Counted from the first letter of the stretch, positions 8,010 through 16,780 are shown. The stretch: 47,435 nucleotides of DNA from Planctomycetota bacterium (GCA_036479435.1 JAZGFI010000171.1:1-47435), one strand, 5' to 3'. Made by a program: numbers and translations. Notes: generated by a model not told the origin, from the letters alone.

Positions 8010-8315
8010 ATGGCGTTGACGTCCACTCAGTTCCAGTACTTCCAAGACAGGATGGACGTGATGGACCCCGACCTCACCTCGGTCAAGACTGCCGTCGAGG
8101 CGACGCAAGTCGACCTCGCCGCGCTCGAGGTGCTGATCACGACGACGAACACGAAGCTGGATACGGTCATTACGGCTCTCGCCACCCTGGATACGAGCGT
8201 GCAGACTTCGGAAACCAACATCGTCCTGGCGGTGACGGGCGTCTCGCTTGGCGACGGCGTCCTGGCGGAGATTCGCGACGAGCTCGTAGGCGTGCGCAAT
8301 ACCCAGCTGGAGTAG
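8010..8315 (+). CDS. Thr-rich coiled-coil protein, possibly virion-associated
   Basis: TTGCGC-17-CATGGT-7nt-ATG; heptads LAALEVLITTTNTKLDTVITAL. Confidence 0.7.
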   Translation: MALTSTQFQYFQDRMDVMDPDLTSVKTAVEATQVDLAALEVLITTTNTKLDTVITALATLDTSVQTSETNIVLAVTGVSLGDGVLAEIRDELVGVRNTQLE

Positions 8316-8329
8316 CGGCTACGGCGCAG

Positions 8330-8358
8330 TTGCACCCGCGCTGACGTCAGTGTAGCGT
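8330..8358 (+). promoter_or_regulatory. promoter TTGCAC-17-TAGCGT with CTGACGTCAG palindrome in spacer
   Basis: Canonical spacing; followed by a structured leader. Confidence 0.55.
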
Positions 8359-8544
8359 CGCTATTTAGGCAGTGGCGGGTGTTGTTTGGCTCTCCAGCAC
8401 TTGATTCAGGGATGGCCTGCCGCTGCCGATTCATGCCACAATAGCGACGGACCCCACGACGCGATCTCTCTGTGTACGCGATGGTTGGGAAACTCTGGGG
8501 GTTCGCCCCGGGCGTCGGTCTCCCATTCTGATGCCCGGGGCTTT

Positions 8545-8973
8545 ATGTCTGACGAACCCAAGAAACCCGCCACTCCGGTAGCCGACGCGATCGATGCTGC
8601 GATGCCCGATACGCGCCCTGGCGCAGATGTCACCGACGGCGCGACCGGCCGGCCCTACAGCCAGGTCGGGGAGAAAAGCGCGGGCGAGCTGCTGTACGAG
8701 CGCTGGGTGGCCGATCGGATCAATCCCGACCGCTACCCGTCTTGGGGCGCATTGTCGGCCGTGGACCAAAGGCGCCACGAGTTCGAGGCCGGAAAGAGCG
8801 CGGGGCAGTTGGCTTACGAGAAGGAGACGGCGATACCGAGGCTCGATCCAGCGACGGGAAAGGAGTGTTCGCCTCTGCCGCCTTACTGGGACCAGCTTCC
8901 GCCTAGCGAGCAGAAGCGCTGGAACTTCAACGCGACGGTCACGCCCAAGAATCAGACCATCAAAGCACCATAG
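8545..8973 (+). CDS. protein with two tandem WxxL modules
   Basis: KSAGELLYE..WGALSAVDQRRHE and KSAGQLAYE..WDQLPPSEQKRW. Confidence 0.75.
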   Translation: MSDEPKKPATPVADAIDAAMPDTRPGADVTDGATGRPYSQVGEKSAGELLYERWVADRINPDRYPSWGALSAVDQRRHEFEAGKSAGQLAYEKETAIPRLDPATGKECSPLPPYWDQLPPSEQKRWNFNATVTPKNQTIKAP

Positions 8974-9053
8974 CCGCCCGGAATCGCGCAGGAACAGGGG
9001 GATGCACGACCCCGCGCGCTAAACCCCGGGCGGCCATGTGGTATTATGTGTGA

Positions 9054-9386
9054 GTGAACGCTCACGCACAAGTCGCGCAGGTCTCGCAACGGCGCCTGGC
9101 GAGCGACCTTTGGCCCGGCTCCGCGGAAGACCACTTCTTCGCACTCATCAGGTTGCGAGAGTGCCGCCGTACAGTCAAATGGCTGGTCGACGCGGGTTTG
9201 CTGAATCCGCAGGACCCGATCTCCCGTCACGAGATTGAGCACTGTCGCGCGGCGATCCGCCACATGCCCGCGACTACCGCTCAACCGGTGGGCGAGACTT
9301 GCTTTGCTCCGCGCCGGCGTTCTCCGCACACGCCTCCGCCGCTTCCGGCGTGGGCTCGTCGGGCAAAAACGGCTCGACCGCGATGA
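9054..9386 (+). CDS. hypothetical leaderless protein
   Basis: TATTAT-6nt-GTG; 3' end overlaps the convergent gene. Confidence 0.5.
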   Translation: MNAHAQVAQVSQRRLASDLWPGSAEDHFFALIRLRECRRTVKWLVDAGLLNPQDPISRHEIEHCRAAIRHMPATTAQPVGETCFAPRRRSPHTPPPLPAWARRAKTARPR

Positions 9387-9696
9387 TGAGTTGTTCGAGC
9401 GAATGGTGGTAGTCGGAGCCCCAGTCCTGGGAGTGCCACCACGCGAGGCACTTCTTGAGCTCCGCGACCGCGACGATGTCCTCGACGGCCACCTCGCCGA
9501 GCAGTCGCAGGGTCTTGCCGGGCGCGGCCCAGTTGGCCTTTATCTCTTCCTGTAGCTGTTCCCGTACCGCCGAGGCGGCTGCTTCCCAGCCTTCGCGAAG
9601 CTTGGGGTCCAGCTTCCCCCAGTCAGCCGGTCGCCACCTCACCTCGATGGTCATGGCCCGAAAGGCCACCTCGCCCGGGGTCTTATCAGCAGGCAT
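9274..9696 (-). CDS. WxxL-module protein
   Basis: MPADKTPGEVAFRAM..DWGKLDPKLREGWEAAA. Confidence 0.7.
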   Translation of the reverse strand: MPADKTPGEVAFRAMTIEVRWRPADWGKLDPKLREGWEAAASAVREQLQEEIKANWAAPGKTLRLLGEVAVEDIVAVAELKKCLAWWHSQDWGSDYHHSLEQLIIAVEPFLPDEPTPEAAEACAENAGAEQSKSRPPVER

Positions 9697-10378
9697 CACA
9701 CTTCTCGTACTCGCCAAGCAGGCTCATGTTCCCGGTACCGGTGCACTTTGAGCAGGCCTTGGCCGCACGCTCGGCCTTGGCGTCTCGTTCGAGGTTCTCC
9801 ATGGTGACGCAGTCGAGCAGCTTCCATGGGGGGCAATCTTCCCCGCACTCCTCGACCTGCTTCTCGTAGAGCAGCTGGCCGGGAGTCTTAGCCGCCTCGG
9901 CCCTGGTCATGACTTCCTGCTCGAAGGCCCGCCGGATGTCGTCAGGTAATTGGGCCCATGGCCGCCGATGCTGCGGCCGCGGTTGCCCCTCGTAGAGCAG
10001 CTGGCCGGGGGTCTTTTCCTCCTCAATCTTCCCCTCGTTGTCGCAGACAGAGCAGTATCCCCGCCCGTCTCCACCCATGAGGTGCTTGGGGTCCCCACCG
10101 CACCGGTGACACACGACCATATCCTCCCGGCCGAAGTTTGGCTCGAGGGCCATGCCACACATGAACGTGGTGGTCACCTCCTCCTTGAGACCGTCGTATC
10201 CCCTGCAAGTGCGGATCGTTTCTCCGTACAGCCGCCCGAGGTGGTGGGCCAGCGCCTTGAGGGTATCAGGTGTTCTCCGCGTTCCCGCACTGGCCTCGTA
10301 AAGCAGCTCGCCTGCCACCGCTACCATCCGGTCGATTTGACTTCTTTGTAGGGCTGTCAGTCCGGGCGTGCTATCCAT
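9686..10378 (-). CDS. protein with two WxxL modules flanked by DnaJ-type Zn fingers
   Basis: TTGACG-17-CATACT-6nt-ATG; KTPGQLLYE twice; CHRCGG..CSVC and CSKCTGTG..CDAC. Confidence 0.75.
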   Translation of the reverse strand: MDSTPGLTALQRSQIDRMVAVAGELLYEASAGTRRTPDTLKALAHHLGRLYGETIRTCRGYDGLKEEVTTTFMCGMALEPNFGREDMVVCHRCGGDPKHLMGGDGRGYCSVCDNEGKIEEEKTPGQLLYEGQPRPQHRRPWAQLPDDIRRAFEQEVMTRAEAAKTPGQLLYEKQVEECGEDCPPWKLLDCVTMENLERDAKAERAAKACSKCTGTGNMSLLGEYEKCDAC

Positions 10379-10413
10379 GCTCCTAGTATGCCGTGACGTC
10401 ACCGCCGCGTCAA

Positions 10414-10590
10414 CTAGGCTGCGGCACGCGCACCCACGGGGACCCGGACCAGAACCTCTATATAAAGGATAGGCGCAGGGTCCGGCCGGCCGGCTGGGCA
10501 TTGGACGTGGCGAAGGCTTAGAAAGCCCACGCGATGGCAATGTTTGCACTTCCACTGGGTTCCCACGGGTTCCATCTTGTGAAGAGCCAT
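10414..10590 (-). CDS. 58-aa leaderless putative Zn-binding micro-protein (not in ORF track)
   Basis: TTGACA-17-TACGGT-6nt-ATG; MALHKMEPVGTQWKCKHCHRVGFLSLRHVQCP... Confidence 0.6.
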   Translation of the reverse strand: MALHKMEPVGTQWKCKHCHRVGFLSLRHVQCPAGRPDPAPILYIEVLVRVPVGARAAA

Positions 10591-10636
10591 ACGCGCACCG
10601 TATGGCCCGTTGACGTCGTTGTCAACCGCGCACCCT

Positions 10637-13441
10637 CTAGATGGTCTCGGCTGCCAAGATTCGCCGACCCGGAGCGTCGCGAAGCACTACGCCCCTTGGC
10701 TGGGGAACGATGCCCACAAACGGCGTTACCCCCTGGCCCAAGTCCATGGAAATGCTGGGATTCGGCACAAGGCCCACAAACGGCACCGGTAACTGGGTGA
10801 TGTTGGGCGACGCGCCCGCAGTTATCGTCGGATTCGGGACGATACCCACAAACGGGGTCGGGTCCTGCCCGATCAGCGGCACAACGCTCTGGATGGGAAC
10901 GATGCCCACAAACGGCACTGGGCTTTGGGTGATGTCCGGCCCGGCCCCAGCCAGGATGGCGGGGATCGGGACGATACCCACGAACGGCGTCGGCTGCTGG
11001 GTGATGTCGACGGTCGTAGTGAGTGCCGGCTCGGGCACGAAGCCCACGAATGGGACCGGGTCCTGGAGGATGTCGACGGTCGTCGCGATGGCGGGGACGG
11101 GCACGAACCCCACAAACGGGGTCGGGTCCTGGGTAACGTCTTGATCTTCGCCTTTGACGAGCTGGCTCGGCACAAGGCCCACGAAGGGCACCGGCTGCTG
11201 GGTGATCGACACACTCGGTGTAGGTAATGTAGGTGTAGGTACGATACCCACGAACGGTGTCTCGTCCTGGGTGATGTCATGGTCGGCGACGACGATCTTG
11301 GGGACCGAGACGAAGCCGGTCACCACGTCGTCAAGGTTGTTGATGAGGGCGATCGCGTTCATGTCGCCCGAGGGGACGATGCCGACGAACGGATTCGGCA
11401 CGTCCTGCATGATCAGCGCGGCCAAAGTGACGACCATGTCGCCCGATGAGACGATGCCCATGAACGGTGGGGCATCGTCCTGGGTGACGTCCTGGGGGAA
11501 TCCTAGTCGCTCGAAGGATAGGTACCCAACGATCGCGGCGACCGTGTCGTTCGTCGACCATTCGATGACCGGGTTGTCTTGCCACGTGTCTATCGTGCCG
11601 ATCGCGTCCGACGAGGCGTCGATATCTCCGCCGCGGATACATCCAGTGGTGTGCGTCGCTTCGTCTGCATTGTCCGAGGGGTTGGACGTGACAATCGTAG
11701 AGGCCTCGTTGGTCTCCAGATCGTCGCTGAAGCCTATCGACATGCACGAGTCACCGGACGAGAGTGTTTCCACCGTCCGATGCCCGTTCAGGAACATCAT
11801 GAGGCCCGGGATGAACCCCTGCGAGCCGATGCTTTGCGTGGCCCCGGGCGTGCCGCTCGAGTCCTTGACGAACGTGTCGATGTTGACCTGTTTGGACAGG
11901 AACTTGAGCGCCAGGAACGAGAAGCCGTCGGCGTTGCTGCCGGACCAAGCAAACCCATCGCTGTTCTTGGACGTCAGGGCAGCGACCCAGGTCTCGACGG
12001 TGCCCTGTATCTGATTGGCGAACCCGTTGGTGCGGATTCCCGAGTTGACGGCGGAGCTCAGACTTCCACCACCGAACAGGTGGCCGATAAACTGATTCGA
12101 TGCGTCCGTGCAGCACCCAAGGCACCAAAGAGCAGCCTCGCCCGACGAGGGGAACGACGCGGAGCCAATGCTAGCCGCGAACATGAGGTCAAACTCGAAC
12201 GATGTGCCCGAGTAGGACCCGTCGCTGACGGTGGCCTGGTCCTGATGGGGCGTCACCGTCCCCCCAAACACGATCATGTTGAGCGTGTAGCCGCCCGTGT
12301 CGGCCAGGGTCCAGTCAAAGCGCAGGTTATCCCCGCTCGCGGTGACGGTGGCGGTCGCCTGGTCGGTCGTACTGCCGCCCTCGCGGATGTTCAGCACGCT
12401 GCCTATCTGCTGGCGCTGCTGGGCGGCGCCGGTATTGACCCCGGCGTGCAGAGTTGCTGACGCGGGCGCCGTCCACAAGAAGACGGCCGTACGGTAGTTG
12501 GCCTGGATCGTGTCTTGGCTCGTGTTGGACGTCCACCATACGACCGCCGCGGTGGGCTCGAAGCCCACGTCCAAGTCCTGGATGCCCGTACTCCCGGGCG
12601 TTATGAGTTGCTTGCCAACGTAGAGGTCGTTGGGGACCCGGACGGTCACCGGAAAGGCAACGCTGGGCTCTTCCCCGCCCCCGCCGGGGTCTTTGACCAC
12701 GAACAGGAACAAATCGCCTAGGGGCAGCGAATCTACGACAATGTCGAAGTTGATGGAGGTGTCCGACCAGGTGTTGACCGTCTGGTCGACCAGGGTCCCC
12801 GACCCGTAGGTAGCGTTGTCGCTAAGCTGAATCTCGGTGGTGCCCTGGGTGGCCTCGAAGTTGCCTCCCGTCGCCACCACCCCCGTATCTGTGTTCGTGA
12901 GGGTGATTGAGGGGACGCAGTTCGTGATGACCGGGGTGGTCCCGGCCACCGTGATGTAGCTCGAGTACCAGATGTCGGCCTGGCTGCCGCCGCTGGGCCA
13001 TGGATCTGGCCACGCTACCGAGGAGCTCGTGGAGATCGATGTGGAGTTGAACCGCCCGTCGTCGGGGTCGTAGTCGCCCTTGTCACCCCCAGCCCCGTCG
13101 TAATGGGCAGTGAAGCCACTCGTGCGCTTCATCGCCACCCAGGTGACCTTGGTGGGGTCTAGAACCTCGTCGCTGGCGGTGATCGTGATGAACTGATTGA
13201 TCGCCGAGCCGCTTGTTTCGCCGAGGTCGACGATCAGGTCTGCGCCGGTGGGGTTATTGAGCGTTCCTCCCTGGTAAACGGCGAATCTGCACTGTCCACT
13301 GTGGGTGCTCCCCACGTACATCGACATGGACTTGAGCAGCGTGTCCCCGGCCGCGAACGTGTTCGCGGGGATGGCCATCGCCCGCGCCCACGATGCGGTG
13401 GAGGACGAGCCGCCTACAGTGAGCTTGCCGTACGTCGCCAA
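10637..13441 (-). CDS. large virion fibre/adhesin-like protein with Ig (IPT/TIG)-like domain and about 12 C-terminal TQxPxPFVGIVP repeats
   Basis: 934 aa, S/T/G-rich; IPT-like PVITNCVP..GGNF..WSDTSI; AGGAG before TTG start. Confidence 0.7.
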   Translation of the reverse strand: MATYGKLTVGGSSSTASWARAMAIPANTFAAGDTLLKSMSMYVGSTHSGQCRFAVYQGGTLNNPTGADLIVDLGETSGSAINQFITITASDEVLDPTKVTWVAMKRTSGFTAHYDGAGGDKGDYDPDDGRFNSTSISTSSSVAWPDPWPSGGSQADIWYSSYITVAGTTPVITNCVPSITLTNTDTGVVATGGNFEATQGTTEIQLSDNATYGSGTLVDQTVNTWSDTSINFDIVVDSLPLGDLFLFVVKDPGGGGEEPSVAFPVTVRVPNDLYVGKQLITPGSTGIQDLDVGFEPTAAVVWWTSNTSQDTIQANYRTAVFLWTAPASATLHAGVNTGAAQQRQQIGSVLNIREGGSTTDQATATVTASGDNLRFDWTLADTGGYTLNMIVFGGTVTPHQDQATVSDGSYSGTSFEFDLMFAASIGSASFPSSGEAALWCLGCCTDASNQFIGHLFGGGSLSSAVNSGIRTNGFANQIQGTVETWVAALTSKNSDGFAWSGSNADGFSFLALKFLSKQVNIDTFVKDSSGTPGATQSIGSQGFIPGLMMFLNGHRTVETLSSGDSCMSIGFSDDLETNEASTIVTSNPSDNADEATHTTGCIRGGDIDASSDAIGTIDTWQDNPVIEWSTNDTVAAIVGYLSFERLGFPQDVTQDDAPPFMGIVSSGDMVVTLAALIMQDVPNPFVGIVPSGDMNAIALINNLDDVVTGFVSVPKIVVADHDITQDETPFVGIVPTPTLPTPSVSITQQPVPFVGLVPSQLVKGEDQDVTQDPTPFVGFVPVPAIATTVDILQDPVPFVGFVPEPALTTTVDITQQPTPFVGIVPIPAILAGAGPDITQSPVPFVGIVPIQSVVPLIGQDPTPFVGIVPNPTITAGASPNITQLPVPFVGLVPNPSISMDLGQGVTPFVGIVPQPRGVVLRDAPGRRILAAETI
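10690..11500 (-). repeat. degenerate coding tandem repeat, about 57-72 bp units
   Basis: Recurring ..acgat(g/a)cccac(a/g)aacgg.. on the + strand, encoding PFVG(I/L/F)VP. Confidence 0.85.
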
Positions 13442-13450
13442 TGCAGGCTC

Positions 13451-13777
13451 CTAGGGAGGACCAGGGGGTATAGACTCGTCGTCAAACTTGGTGTACGGGC
13501 TGTGCCTCCACGAGTTCAGAATGGAGACGATCGCCCCTTTGTGTCCCTGGAGGTGCTTCTCGGGAATGGTGTTGTTCACCCATTCGAGCTCCTCGAACAA
13601 GTCCCGACCGATGTACCGCACGGACCCGTGGGCCAAGGTGACTCGGTTGCGCGACTTTTGCCGGTGGGGGCCATCAGGAGCCAGCGCGTTCTTTAGCTGG
13701 TCGACGAGGTTTTGCCGGTCGTCTTCGATGTCCTTGATGAGGGCGAGGGCCTCGGCGAGGGTCGTAGGGTCAGCCAT
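13451..13777 (-). CDS. hypothetical protein in the fibre cassette
   Basis: 108 aa between two structural-like genes. Confidence 0.7.
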   Translation of the reverse strand: MADPTTLAEALALIKDIEDDRQNLVDQLKNALAPDGPHRQKSRNRVTLAHGSVRYIGRDLFEELEWVNNTIPEKHLQGHKGAIVSILNSWRHSPYTKFDDESIPPGPP

Positions 13778-13780
13778 CGA

Positions 13781-14434
13781 TCAAAGACGAAACAACTTGT
13801 GCACGTTGTTGTTCACGATCAAGGAAATGTCGCCCCCGTTGGGGATCACAGGGAGCCCCGTCGCTTCGGTGATGCACAGGAGAAGCCTCGAGGTCGACTC
13901 CACCCCCGTATGCTCATACACAACGACCAAGTCTGAGTCGTCGCCGCCGTCGGCCGGGACTGCCAGCCAAGTCCAGTCGGCCGAGTCCGCAGCCCCAGCC
14001 ACGATGGCCTTGCTGCCGATCGAGGCAGTCAGGATGGCATGGCGCGCCCCGGCCGGGATGTCGTCCAGGTTCTGCGCCCCGGTCAGCGAGAAGAAGTTCG
14101 GGTCGGTGCCTCCGAACACCCCATTGCCCGCCACGTTGGCATCCGTGGTGTAGTCCTGCAGCGAGTAGGTCGTGGCCGTCAGGTTTGTGACCCGAAAGTG
14201 ACCGTTGGCATTAGTGTTGCCGGTGATGCCCTGCTGCGAGATTATCGTGCCGGTGGACGGGGCCGCGGCTGTGGTGCACACGATCGGGGTCGCGTTTGTC
14301 GCATCGGTGACTGCGATGCCGAAGAGGTCCGCCGTATCCAGGTCGACCAACGCTGCGCGGTAGTCTTGGGCTATCCAGTCGAGGCCAGCGCCGAGCGCCA
14401 GCTCTCTCATCTGCTCGTAGATCGCATTGGCCAT
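13781..14434 (-). CDS. phage structural protein (MANAxY type) with inserted small beta domain
   Basis: MANAIYEQMRELAL..DW..ALVD...TGLPVIPNGGDISL..LFRL; insert IAVTDATNATPIVCT..GITGNTNANG; TACGGT-6nt-ATG. Confidence 0.7.
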   Translation of the reverse strand: MANAIYEQMRELALGAGLDWIAQDYRAALVDLDTADLFGIAVTDATNATPIVCTTAAAPSTGTIISQQGITGNTNANGHFRVTNLTATTYSLQDYTTDANVAGNGVFGGTDPNFFSLTGAQNLDDIPAGARHAILTASIGSKAIVAGAADSADWTWLAVPADGGDDSDLVVVYEHTGVESTSRLLLCITEATGLPVIPNGGDISLIVNNNVHKLFRL

Positions 14435-14466
14435 GGCCAAACCGTACCACCCTTGCGCCGCCGCCG

Positions 14467-14757
14467 CTACGCTGGGCGGTTCTGCGCCCGGAAAGCGGCC
14501 TCGGTTTGTTTCCACGCGGATTGCACGATGGGCATTGCCCACAAGAGCGCGTGTTGCTCAGCCTCGGCCACGTAGCGACCCGTCACCACGGTGGTCGCTG
14601 AGCACCGTGCTAGGTCGACTTGCCAGACCGTCGGCTCGGTTTTCGTGAGCAGCAGCTTGAACACGCCGAGCCTGCGGGAAGTCTCCAGCACAGGCCCTTC
14701 GGACGGCCAGCGGGTCCAGCCGGACGGCACTACCCGTCGGTACACTGCCGTCGCCAA
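14467..14757 (-). CDS. hypothetical protein
   Basis: 96-aa ORF filling the gap, divergent from the methylase. Confidence 0.4.
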   Translation of the reverse strand: MATAVYRRVVPSGWTRWPSEGPVLETSRRLGVFKLLLTKTEPTVWQVDLARCSATTVVTGRYVAEAEQHALLWAMPIVQSAWKQTEAAFRAQNRPA

Positions 14758-14788
14758 GACGTCAATGTTCTGTTACGCTCCCCCGCGC

Positions 14789-15301
14789 ATGTCTCGTAAG
14801 CCCGAGTTCTTCAACAAGGATGATTACTGCACCCCTCCCGAGGTTCTCGCCCTCGTGTACGCCGCGATCGGTGTGCCCGAACTAGACCCGTGCTCGAACG
14901 AGAGATCTCTGGTCGTCTCCAAGCACGCGTTCTGCCCCGACAAAATCGATGGGCTCAAGACGGGTTGGGGGGAAACAAGCACCGTGTACATGAACCCTCC
15001 TTACTCGAATACATCACAGTGGGTGGAGAAGTTCCTTAGTTGGTCGGGGCGTGGATTCGACGCCCATGGTGGTCCCACGCAAGGAGTCATGCTCCTGTCC
15101 GCAGAGACTGGACTTGTGTGGTGGCAGCAGCGATTGCTCGGAAACATCGACCGGTGGATCTTCCTTCCGCGAATCGCGTTCCTTGCGGCCGGCGAGCCGG
15201 TGTATGGAAACCGGTGCAACTCGGTGATGATCTACGTTGGCGATGAGGGCAAGCGGGTCGCGCAGGTATGGCCGAAGCCGGTGTTCCGTCCGTGTCGGTG
15301 A
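14789..15301 (+). CDS. phage DNA N6-adenine methyltransferase (Dam-type)
   Basis: DDYCTPPE..LDPCS..DGL..W..VYMNPPYS..W..RIAF. Confidence 0.88.
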   Translation: MSRKPEFFNKDDYCTPPEVLALVYAAIGVPELDPCSNERSLVVSKHAFCPDKIDGLKTGWGETSTVYMNPPYSNTSQWVEKFLSWSGRGFDAHGGPTQGVMLLSAETGLVWWQQRLLGNIDRWIFLPRIAFLAAGEPVYGNRCNSVMIYVGDEGKRVAQVWPKPVFRPCR

Positions 15302-15344
15302 CCTCTACTGTAGAGTCAACTACGCTGGGCCCGTGAACCTTACG

Positions 15345-15373
15345 TTGCAAGCGCGAATGCGCGGGTGTAAAAT
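15345..15373 (+). promoter_or_regulatory. strong promoter TTGCAA-17-TAAAAT with no credible downstream ORF
   Basis: Near-consensus hexamers with 17-bp spacer. Confidence 0.6.
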
Positions 15374-15648
15374 CGGAGGGCGTTGTGGGTGGGGGAGCGG
15401 GGCGGAGTGAGCGAAGCGAGCGGGGAGTTGGGGGAGGCGCTTGGCTCCCGGCAACTGCGCGTTGCCAGCTAGCCTTCAGGACAGGGCGATGAGCTTAGCC
15501 CGTCCGGACGGATAGGGTTGGAACCGATCTCCATTCGAACAGGCATGCAGGGCGCGCGCTTTTCTGCCTGACATGTAGCACCTCCGGCCGCTGGGCCTGT
15601 TCTGTAGGACTGATTCCGGCCGGCGGGCCGGTGCGGTATACTGGCGGC

Positions 15649-16428
15649 ATGGCCGCGAGTCGCACATGGTTCATCGATGTGTCGCACTGGCAAGGCGACG
15701 TCAACTGGCCACTGGTAGCCACGGAGTGCCGGATGGCCGTAGCGAAGGCGACCGAAGGTATCGGTTGGGTCGACCCCAAGTTCAAGCAGAACTACCAGGG
15801 CATCCGTGACGCAGGTCTCATACGCGGGGCCTACCACTTCGCGCGGGTGAGCAGTCGGGAGGGGATCGCCGAGGCGGGGTTCCGGCGGGACGCTGAGGAC
15901 GAAGCCGACTGGTACCTGGAGGTGACCGGGGCGGATCGGCGTCGGACCCTGCCGCCGATCCTGGACATCGAGTGGGACAAACGCGCACGGGGGGTCAAGC
16001 CTCCGATGCTGATTGCTTGGTGCCTCGCCTGGCTCGAGCGGGTCGAGAAGAGGACTCAGCGGGTCCCGATCGTCTACACGGGACGCAACTACTGGCGGTG
16101 GAAGCTCGCGCAGACCAACGCTTTCCACCGATACACGCTCTGGCTAGCCCAGTACAAGAAAAACACGCAAGGTGACGGCCCGAAGACTCCAATCAGCGGC
16201 TGGCCATGGAAGTTTTGGCAGTACTCGAGCAAGGAGAAGGTCCAGGGGGTGGAGACGCTGTGCGATGTGAACTGCTTTGCTGGATCGAGCCGGGACCTGG
16301 AGAAGTTTGTGGCCGAGTCTCCGTACCAGCAGAAAGCCGCGCTAGATGGATACCACCACGCCGACCCTATTTTTTGGGACAAGCTCGTTTGCTGGACGGT
16401 GGAGTCGTTTTCCGACCGGCCTGCTTAG
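15649..16428 (+). CDS. endolysin, glycoside hydrolase family 25 muramidase
   Basis: IDVSHWQG, KATEG, GAYHFA, LDIE, IVYTG, LWLAQY, WKFWQYS; TATACT-6nt-ATG. Confidence 0.93.
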   Translation: MAASRTWFIDVSHWQGDVNWPLVATECRMAVAKATEGIGWVDPKFKQNYQGIRDAGLIRGAYHFARVSSREGIAEAGFRRDAEDEADWYLEVTGADRRRTLPPILDIEWDKRARGVKPPMLIAWCLAWLERVEKRTQRVPIVYTGRNYWRWKLAQTNAFHRYTLWLAQYKKNTQGDGPKTPISGWPWKFWQYSSKEKVQGVETLCDVNCFAGSSRDLEKFVAESPYQQKAALDGYHHADPIFWDKLVCWTVESFSDRPA

Positions 16429-16780
16429 GACGGGTGAGAGACCTTCCCGTGCTTAGCGCAAAACCTTTCGGCTGCGGGGTATACGGCTCCGGGGGCATGA
16501 TGTCATGAGGGTCGTCTCTCATCGGACGGCCATCCGGCTTGGGCATCAGCTTCTGGAACTTCTGTCGGCGCATCATCTCCCGGCCGATGGCAGTGTGATG
16601 GAACATCAGGATGGTGTATGCCTCCTCCGGCGAGAAGAGGTAGCCCCAAGGGATCTGCCACCCCAGCGCTGCAAGGATTCCGTATGTATGCTTCCAGTAC
16701 CCGAGGTACTCGCGAATGTCGTTGAGCGAATACCTCCCATGACGAGGGGCGTTTGGGTCGAACCTGCCCACGTTGCACAA
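16367..16780 (-). CDS. hypothetical protein
   Basis: Fills the gap; divergent from the 16813 operon; start uncertain. Confidence 0.5.
   Translation of the reverse strand: MCNVGRFDPNAPRHGRYSLNDIREYLGYWKHTYGILAALGWQIPWGYLFSPEEAYTILMFHHTAIGREMMRRQKFQKLMPKPDGRPMRDDPHDIMPPEPYTPQPKGFALSTGRSLTRPKQAGRKTTPPSSKRACPKK

Noticed and set aside
9686..9696. Programmed frameshift fusing the two KTPG-module genes
   Set aside because: An 11-nt overlap but no slippery sequence seen; ordinary coupling explains it
10690..11500. CRISPR array or DGR repeat
   Set aside because: Repeats are degenerate, in frame and protein-coding; no reverse transcriptase or cas operon is present
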